DNA from: an uncultured delta proteobacterium
GTDB taxonomy: Bacteria; Myxococcota_A; Polyangia; Fen-1088
Direction of reading: 5' to 3'
Assembly: GCA_963737265.1 (NCBI GenBank)
Contig: CAVTRY010000010.1
Span: 14,075 to 78,074, forward strand
Length of the DNA stretch: 64,000 nt
Position 1 is the first letter of the stretch; each line of letters begins with the position of its first letter. This document shows positions 43,625 through 53,312 of the stretch, piece after piece. Both the position numbers and the translations under genes were made by a program. Below the pieces are notes generated by a model. That model was not told where the DNA came from, ran no database searches, and saw only the letters and a program-made list of their open reading frames with translations.

Positions 43625-46426
43625 TTACGGCTCGATACCAAGCCCGGGCGCTCTCGTGCGCGCGCTGTGCGCCGAGCAGGAGGCGGCCGTCGCGCACGGG
43701 CGGCGTCCGGCGAATCCGGTCTGGCGACTCGGGTGCGAGCGAGGAGCCACGCGTGACAGAGCCCGCCGTCGGGTCCTCGATGGCGAGGCGCCGCTGCGCG
43801 AGCGCTCTGAGCTCGCGCGCCGCCGCCATGACGCCAAGATCGGCGCGGTCGCGAAGGAGCGCTCGCTCCAACACCTCGCGAGCGCTCTCATCGTCCTCGC
43901 GCACGACATACGCGGTGTTGCGTGCGCGCCCGCGCGTCATGCCCACGTACACCGAGCGAAAGCCGGCGAGCTCGTCGACGAGCGTGCCGCCGCGCATGAC
44001 CGTGTGCCCCTGGACGCCGTGCACGGTCTGGAAGTAGCAGAGCTCGACGTGCTCGCGCGCGTAGGTGCCAGCCACGGTGACGCAGCGTCCTGCACGCCCG
44101 CGCTGCAGCGTCAGCGCCCCGTCGTCGTGGACGGCGCGCACGGACCAGACCTCGCGGTTTCGCACCTGACCGCCGCGCACCAGCGCGGGACGCCGCTCGT
44201 TATCGCGCGTGGCCACCAGATCGCCCGCGTAGATCGACTGGCCACTTGAGGTCTCGAGCCTGCGTCCGCACTCGAGCGCTCCAGCCTCGATCAGGCGCTC
44301 CTGCGCGCGCTGGCAGAGGTGCGCCGCCTGCTCGCGCGTGGGCACGCAGAAGGCGTAGCGCCGGCCGGAGCGATGCGCCTCGTGCCAGTCGGCGAGCATG
44401 CGCTCGTGGACCTGATCGAGCGCCCCGGAGAAGACCCGACCGTGCGCCAGGTAGGGCTCGAGCGCCTCTGCCCGTCCGAGGCGAAGCTCGCGCGAGGCCT
44501 CGCGCTCCCACGGCGCGTTGAAGCGGTAGACGCGCGCGAGCTCGAAGCTCTCCAGGCGCTCGCGCGCGGCGGCGAACATCCCGCCGCGACCGACGGCGCA
44601 GAGCTGGCGATGGTCGCCGACGAACACGATGCGAAGCCGGTCTGCCTCCGCGACCGCAATGAGTGCGCGCCAGTCCGGGGTGGCGAGCGTCCCGGCCTCG
44701 TCGACGATCAGTGTCGAACCGGCCGGAAGCTGAAGCTCCTCGCGAAGCCGGTTTGGCGTTGCTCGCTCGGTCAGGTAGCGCCGCACGTTCTCCGCGGGAA
44801 GCCCGGTGCTCTCCGAGACGGCCGCCGCCGCGCGTGCCCAGGGAGTGAGCACGAGCGTCCTGCAGTGCTGGTGTTCGAGCACGCGCGCCGCGAGCTTCAG
44901 TGTCGTCGTCTTGCCGCGTCCCCGCTGGGCCGACCACCACACACGCTCGGTGCGAGCCCGCGATCAGCGCCGCCGCGCGCACCTGCTCCTCGGTTGGGAG
45001 AGGCGCGTTCTCGTCGTCGGCCATCAGCTCGGCGGCGGCGTGCGCCACTCGCTCGCAGCTGGCAGGTTCACCGCCCTGTGCGCGCCGCCGCGGCCAGCCA
45101 GCGCTGAAGCGCGCGCTCTTCCTCGAGCAGTGCCGGCGTCGAGTAGCGCTCGAGCGCCGGTTCGCGCGCGAGCGCGGCCGCGCGTCGCGGGCCGTCCTCA
45201 CCGAGTGTCGCGAGGTCGATGCAGTGGCGCGCGATCGCCTCGCCGGCGAGCGCTTCGATCGCGCGCGCCTGGGAGGCGGCGCTGCGGCCGCCTCCATCGC
45301 CGATCCGCATGGCCACCTGGCGCTCGACGTGCTCGCGCGAGAAGACGGAGCGCTCCTCGCTCAGCGCCGCGATCGCCTCGGCGGCGATCTGGGCGGCGCT
45401 CGCGTGGGGCGGGCGAACCAAGGGGTTCGGGTAGATGGCGTCGTGCAAGAGCTGCGGAGCGTCGTAGCCGGCCTCGTGCGCCGCCCCCAGCCAGCCGGCC
45501 CGCAGCGCCTCGAGCGTCTTGGCGCCGCGCTTACGCTCGCGCGAAGCGAGCGCCGCCTGGTCGCGCAGGCGGCACTGCTCCTTGAGCGTCGGGTTGCGGT
45601 CGGGATGACGCTCGCGCCAGCGCGAGAGCTCCCGTTCGTAGCGGCGCTCGATCTGCTCCTTGCGCTTGGAGAAGAGCGCGACGAGCGAGTCAAGGCCCTC
45701 GATCTCCGCCTGGCCCTTCGCCACCGCCCCGAAGCGAAGATGAGGGAAGCGTCTGCGAAGCTCGGAGCGAAGCGCCGACTGATAGATGGCGCCGAAGGCG
45801 AGGACGCCGCGCATCATCGTGGTGGCGTCAAGCGAGCGCCAGCGACCATCTGATCCCTGCACGCGCGCCATCACGAGCGCATGCGTGTGCAGCTGCGGGT
45901 CGAGTGCGCGCGAGGTGCGGTGACGGACGGCGAGCACCGCGAGGCCGCCGATATCGAGACGATGGACTCCGCCGCGCCCGGCGCGAGTGGTGGTGCGCTC
46001 CTCGATCAATGCGAGCGTCGCCGCAACTGCGCTTTCGTGTGCGTCGAGGACGGCGCGTTCGGTTGCCTCTCCGCACAACGAGGCGAGCAGCGAGACGGTC
46101 TTCGGCGCCGAGAAGGTGAGGTCGTAGGCGCGGATCGTGTTCCGGCGCGGCCGCTGCCCCAGCTGGTCGCCGGTTTCCGGATGCTGTCCGGCGAAGATCG
46201 CCTGCAGCTGGTCACGCGTGCCGAGACCCTCGACGCCGAGCGCTTTCGTGCCCTGGCCCCACCAGCGCCCGCCTTCGTCCTCGGAGGCGAGGTAGTAGTC
46301 CTCGACGTGGCCCGTGCCGCGCTGCTTCTTCTGCTCGCAGTCGCCGTCGTCCTGCGCTTGGCGCACGAGGCTCGCGTAGTAGTTGACGGCGTCCCTGCCG
46401 CCCTTGATCGGCGTGACTTTGAGCAT
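43625..46426 (-). CDS. mobF: MobF (TrwC/TraI-type) relaxase fused to a RecD-like helicase; apparent frameshifts
   Basis: MLKVTPI..NYY..DYY, GRWWGQG, YDLTFSAPKTVS and HRTSRALDPQLHTH; helicase VGPAG/GKTT, LIVDEAG, VGDHRQL, TVHGVQG and YVGMTRGR. Confidence 0.93.
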
Positions 46427-46486
46427 CCTTGCCTGGGCTTGAAATCGAAGTGGGCGCCGACCATAAGCCGTGCCTGGGACGTGCGA

Positions 46487-46512
46487 GCACCGCAGGGTGC
46501 ATAGGTGTGCCC
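46487..46512 (+). other. Candidate oriT/nic site of MOBF type
   Basis: GCACC-GCAG-GGTGC hairpin followed by ATAGGTGTGCCC, ~60 bp upstream of the relaxase start; resembles from memory the R388 (GCACCGAAAGGTGCGTATTGTCT) and F/R100 (TGCGT...GTGT) nic regions. Confidence 0.65.
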
Positions 46513-47254
46513 GGCGGGGAGGGCGGCTGCGGAGGCGGTGACGGACGAGGCTGAGGGCTGACGGTGAGCGGCGGTGCTGGTGGCGTGGCTGGAGGGCTGT
46601 GGCGGCGTGGCGCGGGGAATGAGCGGGCTCGTGTGTGGCGGCGGGACGGGGCGAAGAGAATGGTGGCGCGAGTGGCAGCGGAGAGAGCGGGGCTCGATGC
46701 CGTGCGCGCAGCTAGTGGTGGCAGCGAGCTGGGAGCGGGCAACGTGACGACTGGGAGTGCGTCGGCTGCCACCGAGCCTCGGGCAGCGCGCGTTGACAAA
46801 CCCGTTTCAAGCGAACACCTCCAGACATCTCGCGGCTGCGCCGATACCCGAGGGTGATGCAGCTGCTTCCGTGGTGACACGCGACAGCACCCCGAGCGGT
46901 GCGGCTAGGTGGCCGCTACGATGGGCCGCGTTCAGCGATTCTGTTCGTGCCGTTCGCGGGCGTACTCATAATCCTGTCGGACGCTCGGCGTTGGCTGATC
47001 TGCCGATTCTCGTCCTGACCGCGCGGGGTCGGCATCCCGGCATCGACCTTCCGGCGGCGCTTGGCTCGCCAAGCTCCGCGCTCGCTCGGCGCGCGCACAC
47101 CAGCGCTGGCGATGAGCAGTTAGCGCATGCGCGATCGCGCTCCTGTCCTAGCGGCGCAACGCCCGCTGAGAGGGACTGGCTCCGCTAGGACGTTGACGTG
47201 GCCGACTGAGCGCACGCCCGGGGCATGCGGAGGTAGACGAGTGAGACTGCACGG

Positions 47255-48128
47255 CTACGCCTCCACGCTCACGGGGTCGACTCCGAGCGCCCGCGCGATC
47301 AGCGCGAGTGTCTCTGTGCGGATCCACGGCGTCGTGCGCCCCGTCGAGGTGTCGGGCATGATCCCGAGGCGGCGCTTCAGCCACGAGGTGTCGCCGCATT
47401 GATGACCGCCGTGAACGGCGTGGGTGTGTCCGCAGCGAAGAGCGAGCTGCGACCACGAGACCTCTCCACGCGCGACGGCGCGCTGGGCCGCTTCGCGCAG
47501 GCAGCGGCTGAGGACAAAGGCGCCGCGGTCGAGGCTTCGAAGCTCGGCGGCAAGCGTCGAGACCTGGACGTTCGTGGCACGGCCCCTGTGGTACGCGAGC
47601 GCTGCGATCGTCATCGAGCGCGCCGGCTCGTAGGCATCGAGTGCGCCGATCACGCTGCGCAGCGACACCAGCCGTCCAGCGACCGCGATCGTCCTCTGCG
47701 CTCCAGCGAAGCGAACGCTGCGCTGCGTCCAGCTCGCCCGCGTCGAGGCGGTAGCGCGCGCCGTCGGGTGCGCTCAGCACGTCGGCGAACGCCAGCGCCT
47801 CGAGCTCGGCCTGCTGCGGGCGAAGGTCTGAGAGGCGAAGCGCCCGGCAGCACCCGCGTGAGGGGTCGGCCAGGTAGAGCTCGGCGATCAGTGCCGCGTT
47901 GTCGATGCTCGGATCGAGCACGGGCTCATCGGCGAGGATGTGGTCGACGAGGCGGACGTCGGAAACGGCGCCCTCGCTCTGATCCACCACGAGCGTGTTG
48001 CCTTCCACGCCGTCGATGGCGAGGATCGTTCGCTGTGCGCCTTCTGCGTCCTGATAGCAGCCGAGGACCCGTCCGCTCTCGAGCGGGCTGGGTGTCTCGG
48101 GCACTGCGGTATCGGTGAGAGTCGGCAT
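47255..48128 (-). CDS. Hypothetical protein of the mobile element, frameshifted
   Basis: RBS AAAGGAG and MPTLTDTAV; continues as SLRSVIGALDAYEPAR..WSQLALRCG..GDTSWLKRRLG..LIARALGVDPVSV (HTH-like end). Confidence 0.6.
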
Positions 48129-48405
48129 CGTCTGCTCCTTTGCTCTGGGCCCTGCCGCGGGCCGTGATGCCGCGCTCCACGCACGCGTCGCGTGCGAAGC
48201 TGAAGCGGCGACGGACCGCGGGTGGCCCAGAGCGCAGATGAGCTCCGAGAACGACCGCCCTCCCAAGGGCAACTCCTGACGCATGCGCACATCACGTGGC
48301 TCGCCCTCGGCGCGATCGAGCACCTCGAGGCGCTGCCCGACGCGGCGCGAGACGACCACGCGCGCGGAGCGCCCGTCGTCGTAGCGGAGCAGCGTGCGCC
48401 AGGGA

Positions 48406-48684
48406 CTAGATGCCGAGACGGTCTGCACCATGCACCCGGGCGCAGCGACGGTGAGCGACCATCCGCTCGCGCGACCAACCAGGTTCTGACTCGATCGCCT
48501 GCCTGACCGCGAGCTGGAGCCTCAGCGCTCGACGCAGGTGCGAGGGACTTACCGTCGCGGCGCCGTCCTCGCGCGCGAACAGTTCGGCGTCGCGCCAGAG
48601 GCCGTGGCTGTTGGGCGGGCGGAGCGGCAGCACCGCCGCCTCGAGCGCGTGGCGGTGAGCGGGATCATTCGTGCGGGTGTGCAC
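48406..48684 (-). CDS. Small hypothetical protein
   Basis: Strong RBS AAAGGAGG before GTG; co-oriented with the primase and ssb. Confidence 0.45.
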   Translation of the reverse strand: MHTRTNDPAHRHALEAAVLPLRPPNSHGLWRDAELFAREDGAATVSPSHLRRALRLQLAVRQAIESEPGWSRERMVAHRRCARVHGADRLGI

Positions 48685-48744
48685 GTCGAGCCTCCTTTGC
48701 TCGGTGTTCTTGGGGAAGCGGGCCGCCTCGGTGGAGGTGCTGGC

Positions 48745-49711
48745 TCATCGCCGCACGCCGAAGCGCTCATCGAGCCCGCGCTGCAATCTGCGAAAGTCGC
48801 CGCCGCTGGCCGGGATGCCGAAGAGCAACGAGGCGAACGTGTAGATGTCGCCGCCAAGCGGCTTGCCGTCCTGCGTCTTGCAGCCGAAGCAGCACCAACC
48901 GCGCTGCGGATCGCGGTAGGCGTGAAGCGACGGGCTCTCGTCGTCGTGGAACGGGCAGCGGACCTTGCCGGCGCGCGACACGGTGCGGCCGCTCAGAGCA
49001 CGGGGATATAGACGCGGGCGCTGATCGCGAGCAGCGGATCAGCGCGCGGTCCCGGGCGCTCTGGAGCGGTGTCTGTCGTCGACGGCGTCTCGAGCGCAGG
49101 CAACCTTGCGAGCAGCGCGACAAACGGGTAGCAGCGGTCTGGCTCGAATGCGAGCAGCCGCACCGGCGTGGGCGGCGAGTGCTTGTGATTCACGGACCCT
49201 GCGGGTCTGAGAATTGCCGCCGGGCCGCATACGGCACCGGCATCTGAGCCGAGCGCCGCCGCGAGCCGTCGATTCCCTTCGCCGACCTCCTCCGGCGAGA
49301 GCGCCGCGCCGACGCTCCAATAGGCGTGGCAGTTGCAGCCCGAGCCGGAGCCGACGAGCATCGTCGGCGCGGGCACGTCAGCAAGCGCGGCCAGCGCCGC
49401 CTCGCTGTCGCAGTCGGCCCAGAGCAGCCGGCAGCTGCCCGAGCGCGTCGCGTCCACCGGCACGCCTCAGACGCGGGGCGACGCCGACGTAGACGTCGGC
49501 GCTGCTCGCTCAGCGCCAGCAGCCGTTCGATTGGGCCCGAGGCGCCCATCGCGTGGAACTCCTGCGCCATGCCGTCTCCGCCGTGGTGGCGCGAGCGGAC
49601 GTCGAGCAGCGCATCGGTAGGCGCGCCCCGCGCCAGCAAGGAGAGGTAGCGCGCCAGTTCGCGCTCGCGCTCGGCCTGGTCGGCTGACGTCCACGTCGAT
49701 CGCTCCGACAC
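48745..49711 (-). CDS. RepB'-like DNA primase domain fused to a CHC2 zinc finger, frameshifted
   Basis: LLWADCD, PTMLVGSG..HAYW, NRRLAAALGSD and ILRPAGSVNHK; C-terminal RCPFHDDESPSL..WCCFGC..GGDIY. Confidence 0.8.
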
Positions 49712-49716
49712 GGCGT

Positions 49717-49744
49717 GGGGCGCCGGCGCAGGAGCCGGCGCCCC
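49717..49744. other. Perfect 11-bp GC hairpin between ssb and the primase gene
   Basis: GGGGCGCCGGC gcagga GCCGGCGCCCC. Confidence 0.6.
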
Positions 49745-49750
49745 TTTGCG

Positions 49751-50110
49751 CTAGGCGGCGAGCGCCTCCGCCTCAGCCGTCTCGGTGGCGCCCTCTGCCT
49801 TCGGCGAGAGGAAGGTCACCTCGTCGGCGATCACGCGGTGCGCGGAGCGCCGGGAGCCGTCGGAGGCCTGCCACTCGCGGTACTCGAGCCGTCCGTGGAC
49901 ACCGACCAGCTGGCCCTTGGTGAGCTTCGCGCAGGTCTCGGCGTAGGTGCCGTAGACGCAGACGTCGAAGTAGCCGGTCGGCTGCTTCTCGGCGCGCTGG
50001 TCGAAGGCGATCCGCAGCTCGCAGACGCTCGAGCCAGAGGGCAGCGAGCGAAGCTCTGAGTCGCGGGTCAGGCGGCCGGTGAACGAAGTGCGTGGTCTTA
50101 GGTCGTACAT
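49751..50110 (-). CDS. ssb: Single-stranded DNA-binding protein (119 aa, no acidic DDxPF tail)
   Basis: GRLTRDSELR, YFDVCVYGTYAE and LTKGQLVGVHGRLEYREW; RBS AAGGAGG. Confidence 0.92.
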   Translation of the reverse strand: MYDLRPRTSFTGRLTRDSELRSLPSGSSVCELRIAFDQRAEKQPTGYFDVCVYGTYAETCAKLTKGQLVGVHGRLEYREWQASDGSRRSAHRVIADEVTFLSPKAEGATETAEAEALAA

Positions 50111-50279
50111 CTGTTCCTCCTTGTGGGGGTTGGTGATTACGCGCCTACACACGCCGGCGAAGCCGGCGATAATCGGCGCGGGCCGATCACCAACCCCAAG
50201 GAGGGGCGATGGGCTACCGAGACCGCCGATCTGCGGTCGGCCGTGGAGTGCGAGACGCGACACGTCTCACAAGCAAGGA
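50053..50279. repeat. ~225-bp direct repeat, copy 1 (ssb 5' end plus structured upstream region)
   Basis: Near-identical to 52798..53021; contains a long hairpin at 50116-50204. Confidence 0.95.
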
Positions 50280-50374
50280 CGCGCTGGGTTACGGGGAGCT
50301 ATTCAGCACCGCTGTTGCAGCCGACACCGCACTGCCTGATCGCGCACGACGCAAGCTGTCCCCCGCGAGGGACC

Positions 50375-50668
50375 TCAGTGAGGGGGGCGCTCCTGCCAGC
50401 TGGCGACCAGACACTCGCGCAGATCGTCCGCAAGTTCGATGTGGAAAGGCGTTGCGTAGAACTCGAACCGCGTGGCATCACAGCCACCCCTGCGTAAATC
50501 TCCGAGCAGGTCGCCGAGGTGGTCCTCGCGGGCCCGTTGCGCTATCCGTACGAGTGCCGTCGTCGGATCGTCGCACAGTGGCACCGCGGTACCCACCCGA
50601 CTCGTCCCACCGACCCGGTAGCGCTCTCCATCGTCCTCAAGCTCAGCAAAGACCTGCGCTTCGGGCAT
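50375..50668 (-). CDS. Hypothetical protein
   Basis: 97-aa ORF with RBS-like GAGG and globular composition. Confidence 0.5.
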   Translation of the reverse strand: MPEAQVFAELEDDGERYRVGGTSRVGTAVPLCDDPTTALVRIAQRAREDHLGDLLGDLRRGGCDATRFEFYATPFHIELADDLRECLVASWQERPPH

Positions 50669-50918
50669 AACCTCGCTTCGATCGGCGGCGGGTACGGGCC
50701 GGCTACGGCCAGGCCGCTCGGGTTATTCGACGCTTCGGGAGCCTCAACTCGACGCCGGTTCTAATGAGCGTCGGTGTCATGGTGCCCGAAGCCTACGTCG
50801 CAGAAGCAGGGCAGGCCCTGAGTCCCGGCGCCCCGCCACCCCTTGCGAGCGATCGGGTCGCGCGGCGTTTTCGTCTCGCATGGGTTCTGTGTTACGGTGC
50901 CGAGTGGTGCGGGGGCAC

Positions 50919-52253
50919 ATGGTCAAACGAGTTACCAACAGACTTGGTATCGCGCTTGTGGCGATCATCGTCGGAGTGGGGGTCGTCGAGTCGGAGTGCG
51001 CGTCCGCGGAAACGCCGGATCTTGTCGCGCCGGCGGCGGTCGTGCCGCTCGCTCCGCCGCCGCCAGACCCGGTCGTAGCCGAAGCGTACGCGAACACGTT
51101 TCACGTGACCACGGCGGTCGCACAAGAACGCCTCACGCTCGAGGAGCGCGCGGGCAACATCGCGAGTGACCTCGGCAGCGCTCTCGGGTCATCCTATGCG
51201 GGTGTCTGGTTTGATAATTCGACGGGGCGGTTCAACATCGCCGTTGCGTCGCCGTCGTCTGCAACTTCGCCTGCGGCCGTCGCGAAGGTAAACGCCGCAC
51301 AAACAGTAGCGTCTGAGCTCGAAGTGTCAGCCGCGACTGACATCAGGACGGTGGGCACGAGCCTTGATGCCATCACGGCGGCTCAATCCAAGATTGATCA
51401 AAGCCTTCACCAGTTGGTGCTCGACGACGAGTTGCAAACCGCCCCCAACGAAGAAATCGACGAGCTGGAGCTTCTTGCATCTGCCTCTGCCTCCGCTGCG
51501 GACAAACGCCGCATTGAAGCCACGGCTACGGAAGATGGCGTGCCAACGCGGATCGTCACCCGACCGGCGTCAGACTTCGAAGTGCATACCGCTTCCTGTT
51601 CGTTCCCCGACTGCGGGAGGCCGATAGAGGGCGGGGTAGAAATCTGGACCGGCTCAGAATTCTGCAGCGCTGGATATCTGGCGCAGGGCAATGAACCTCC
51701 GTATCACTGGTTCGTCATCACCGCGGGTCATTGCGGGCGCGGCCGCCCGCTGACTTGGTACGCCTCGACCGGTGGTGAAGTGCATCAGCTAGGCACCATG
51801 AACCACGCGGTCTGGAACATCGATGGCGACTACGGGCGCATCGACATAACCGGGACCTGGTGGGGGATCGGCGTCGAGGAACCGTTTAGCGCCTTTTGGG
51901 GAATCAATACTCATTACCCAACGCGGTACACCGGATGGTCAGTTGAAGGTACGTATGGTTGCAGAACGGGCGCGGCTGAGAACGGCGCTCAGTGTGGCAC
52001 GATTCTCCACAGAGGGATGACGATCAACGAGGGCGGAGTGGAAGTGGCCGGCGAGTTCGAGGTTAGTGCCTGCGCCAATGAAGGCGATAGTGGTGGGCCG
52101 TTCATGATGAACTACTACGCCGTTGGGATCTTTACGGCTCTCAACGCCCGGTGCGGTTCCGGTGGCGCTGTGAGCTACTACAGTGAGGTCATGAACGCCA
52201 TCGTCCCTGCTAACCTCAATGTCACGATTGATACGATCTACAGTGGCGAATAG
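50919..52253 (+). CDS. Secreted S1 (alpha-lytic/streptogrisin-like) serine protease with prodomain
   Basis: Signal peptide; prodomain YAGVWFD; CSAGY, ITAGHC, DYG, CRTGA and GDSGGP give a complete catalytic triad. Confidence 0.92.
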   Translation: MVKRVTNRLGIALVAIIVGVGVVESECASAETPDLVAPAAVVPLAPPPPDPVVAEAYANTFHVTTAVAQERLTLEERAGNIASDLGSALGSSYAGVWFDNSTGRFNIAVASPSSATSPAAVAKVNAAQTVASELEVSAATDIRTVGTSLDAITAAQSKIDQSLHQLVLDDELQTAPNEEIDELELLASASASAADKRRIEATATEDGVPTRIVTRPASDFEVHTASCSFPDCGRPIEGGVEIWTGSEFCSAGYLAQGNEPPYHWFVITAGHCGRGRPLTWYASTGGEVHQLGTMNHAVWNIDGDYGRIDITGTWWGIGVEEPFSAFWGINTHYPTRYTGWSVEGTYGCRTGAAENGAQCGTILHRGMTINEGGVEVAGEFEVSACANEGDSGGPFMMNYYAVGIFTALNARCGSGGAVSYYSEVMNAIVPANLNVTIDTIYSGE

Positions 52254-52713
52254 AGCTAGTCGATTTTTGGTGCTCGGGGGCGTCTGGGCGGCGTCCGTTG
52301 CCGGAGGGGCTTACCCTGCGGCCTCCGCCCCAGGAGCGCAAGCCATTCCATGTGTCGTCACGGGTCAAGGGAGGTTTGTGGGCGCCGTGCAGGGACGCGA
52401 CTATCACGGTTGGCTCGCTGTTGAATGTCTCTCGCCTGGCGACACGCTCTCGAACGTCTCGATTCATTGGGGCGACGGGTTGGTGAGCGGCGGTACCGTG
52501 GGTTACGAGCCGCCGAACAGCTCGGGGTACGTTACCGCGCTAGTCGTAGGTGATCACGTGTACAGCCGAGCCACGTGCACCACATCGAAACGTCGATGTA
52601 CTTCCGGCTACAAACCCTCGGTCACAGCTACCGATGAGCCGAGCGGGAAATCGGTGTGGGGCGGCGGAGGCGTGGTACTCGTTAGCGGCAAAGCACGCAA
52701 GACGCATCGATAG
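52219..52713 (+). CDS. Small secreted Ig/PKD-like protein
   Basis: Signal-like stretch; SIHWGDG and GDHVYSRA as in PKD-type domains. Confidence 0.55.
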   Translation: MSRLIRSTVANRASRFLVLGGVWAASVAGGAYPAASAPGAQAIPCVVTGQGRFVGAVQGRDYHGWLAVECLSPGDTLSNVSIHWGDGLVSGGTVGYEPPNSSGYVTALVVGDHVYSRATCTTSKRRCTSGYKPSVTATDEPSGKSVWGGGGVVLVSGKARKTHR

Positions 52714-52797
52714 TTCCCCGGGACGGTGGGTGAGCGACCGACGCGACTGGCCCTAGGGCAAACCAGGCACCCGCAGGTACCCGCGGCGCAGCGGTCG

Positions 52798-53021
52798 GCT
52801 CTGAGTCACGCGTCAGGCGGCCGGTGAACGAAGTGCGTGGTCTTAGGTCGTACATCTGTTCCTCCTTGTGGGGGTTGGTGATTACGCGCCTACACACGCC
52901 GGCGAAGCCGGCGATAATCGGCGCGGACCGATCACCAACCCCAAGGAGGGGCGATGGGCTACCGAGGCCGGTTTTCGGTCGGCCGTGGAGTGCGAGACGC
53001 GACACGTCTCACATGCAAGGA
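52798..53021. repeat. ~225-bp direct repeat, copy 2, with a truncated ssb 5' fragment (19 codons)
   Basis: Encodes MYDLRPRTSFTGRLTRDSE and then diverges; differs from copy 1 by synonymous and loop/bulge changes. Confidence 0.95.
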
Positions 53022-53312
53022 GGGGTTCTTCTTCGGGGAGGTGCCGAGGGTCGCATCGAATCCCGAACCGGGTTCTCCGCTCTCAAAGTGTCGATGGTTG
53101 GGCGCCCGACGAGCGCCGCCGATCGCGCTCTACGCAGTACGGGTCATGAGCCTGCCAGACGGACGCCAACCGGACGAGGTGGAGATCCTCAAGCGGCAGG
53201 GCGGGCCCGCGCGACTGCGCGCCGACACCGGTCCTGACCGTGCGCTCGAGACTGGCGGCCTGCGTTCCCTCTTCGACGCGCTGACCCGCCGTCGCGGATC
53301 AGGACGTGACTT

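Noticed and set aside
4123-50110. Many split genes (dsbD, lnt, permease, synthase, lmbU, RHS, mobF, primase) as pseudogenes or programmed frameshifts
   Set aside because: They are scattered single-base indels, also in normally essential lnt, with motifs intact on both sides; this fits long-read consensus error.
52302-52310. CGGAGGGGC (also at 11041) as the far att site
   Set aside because: Only 9 bp match the tRNA end, expected by chance; this copy lies inside a gene and would exclude the relaxase module.
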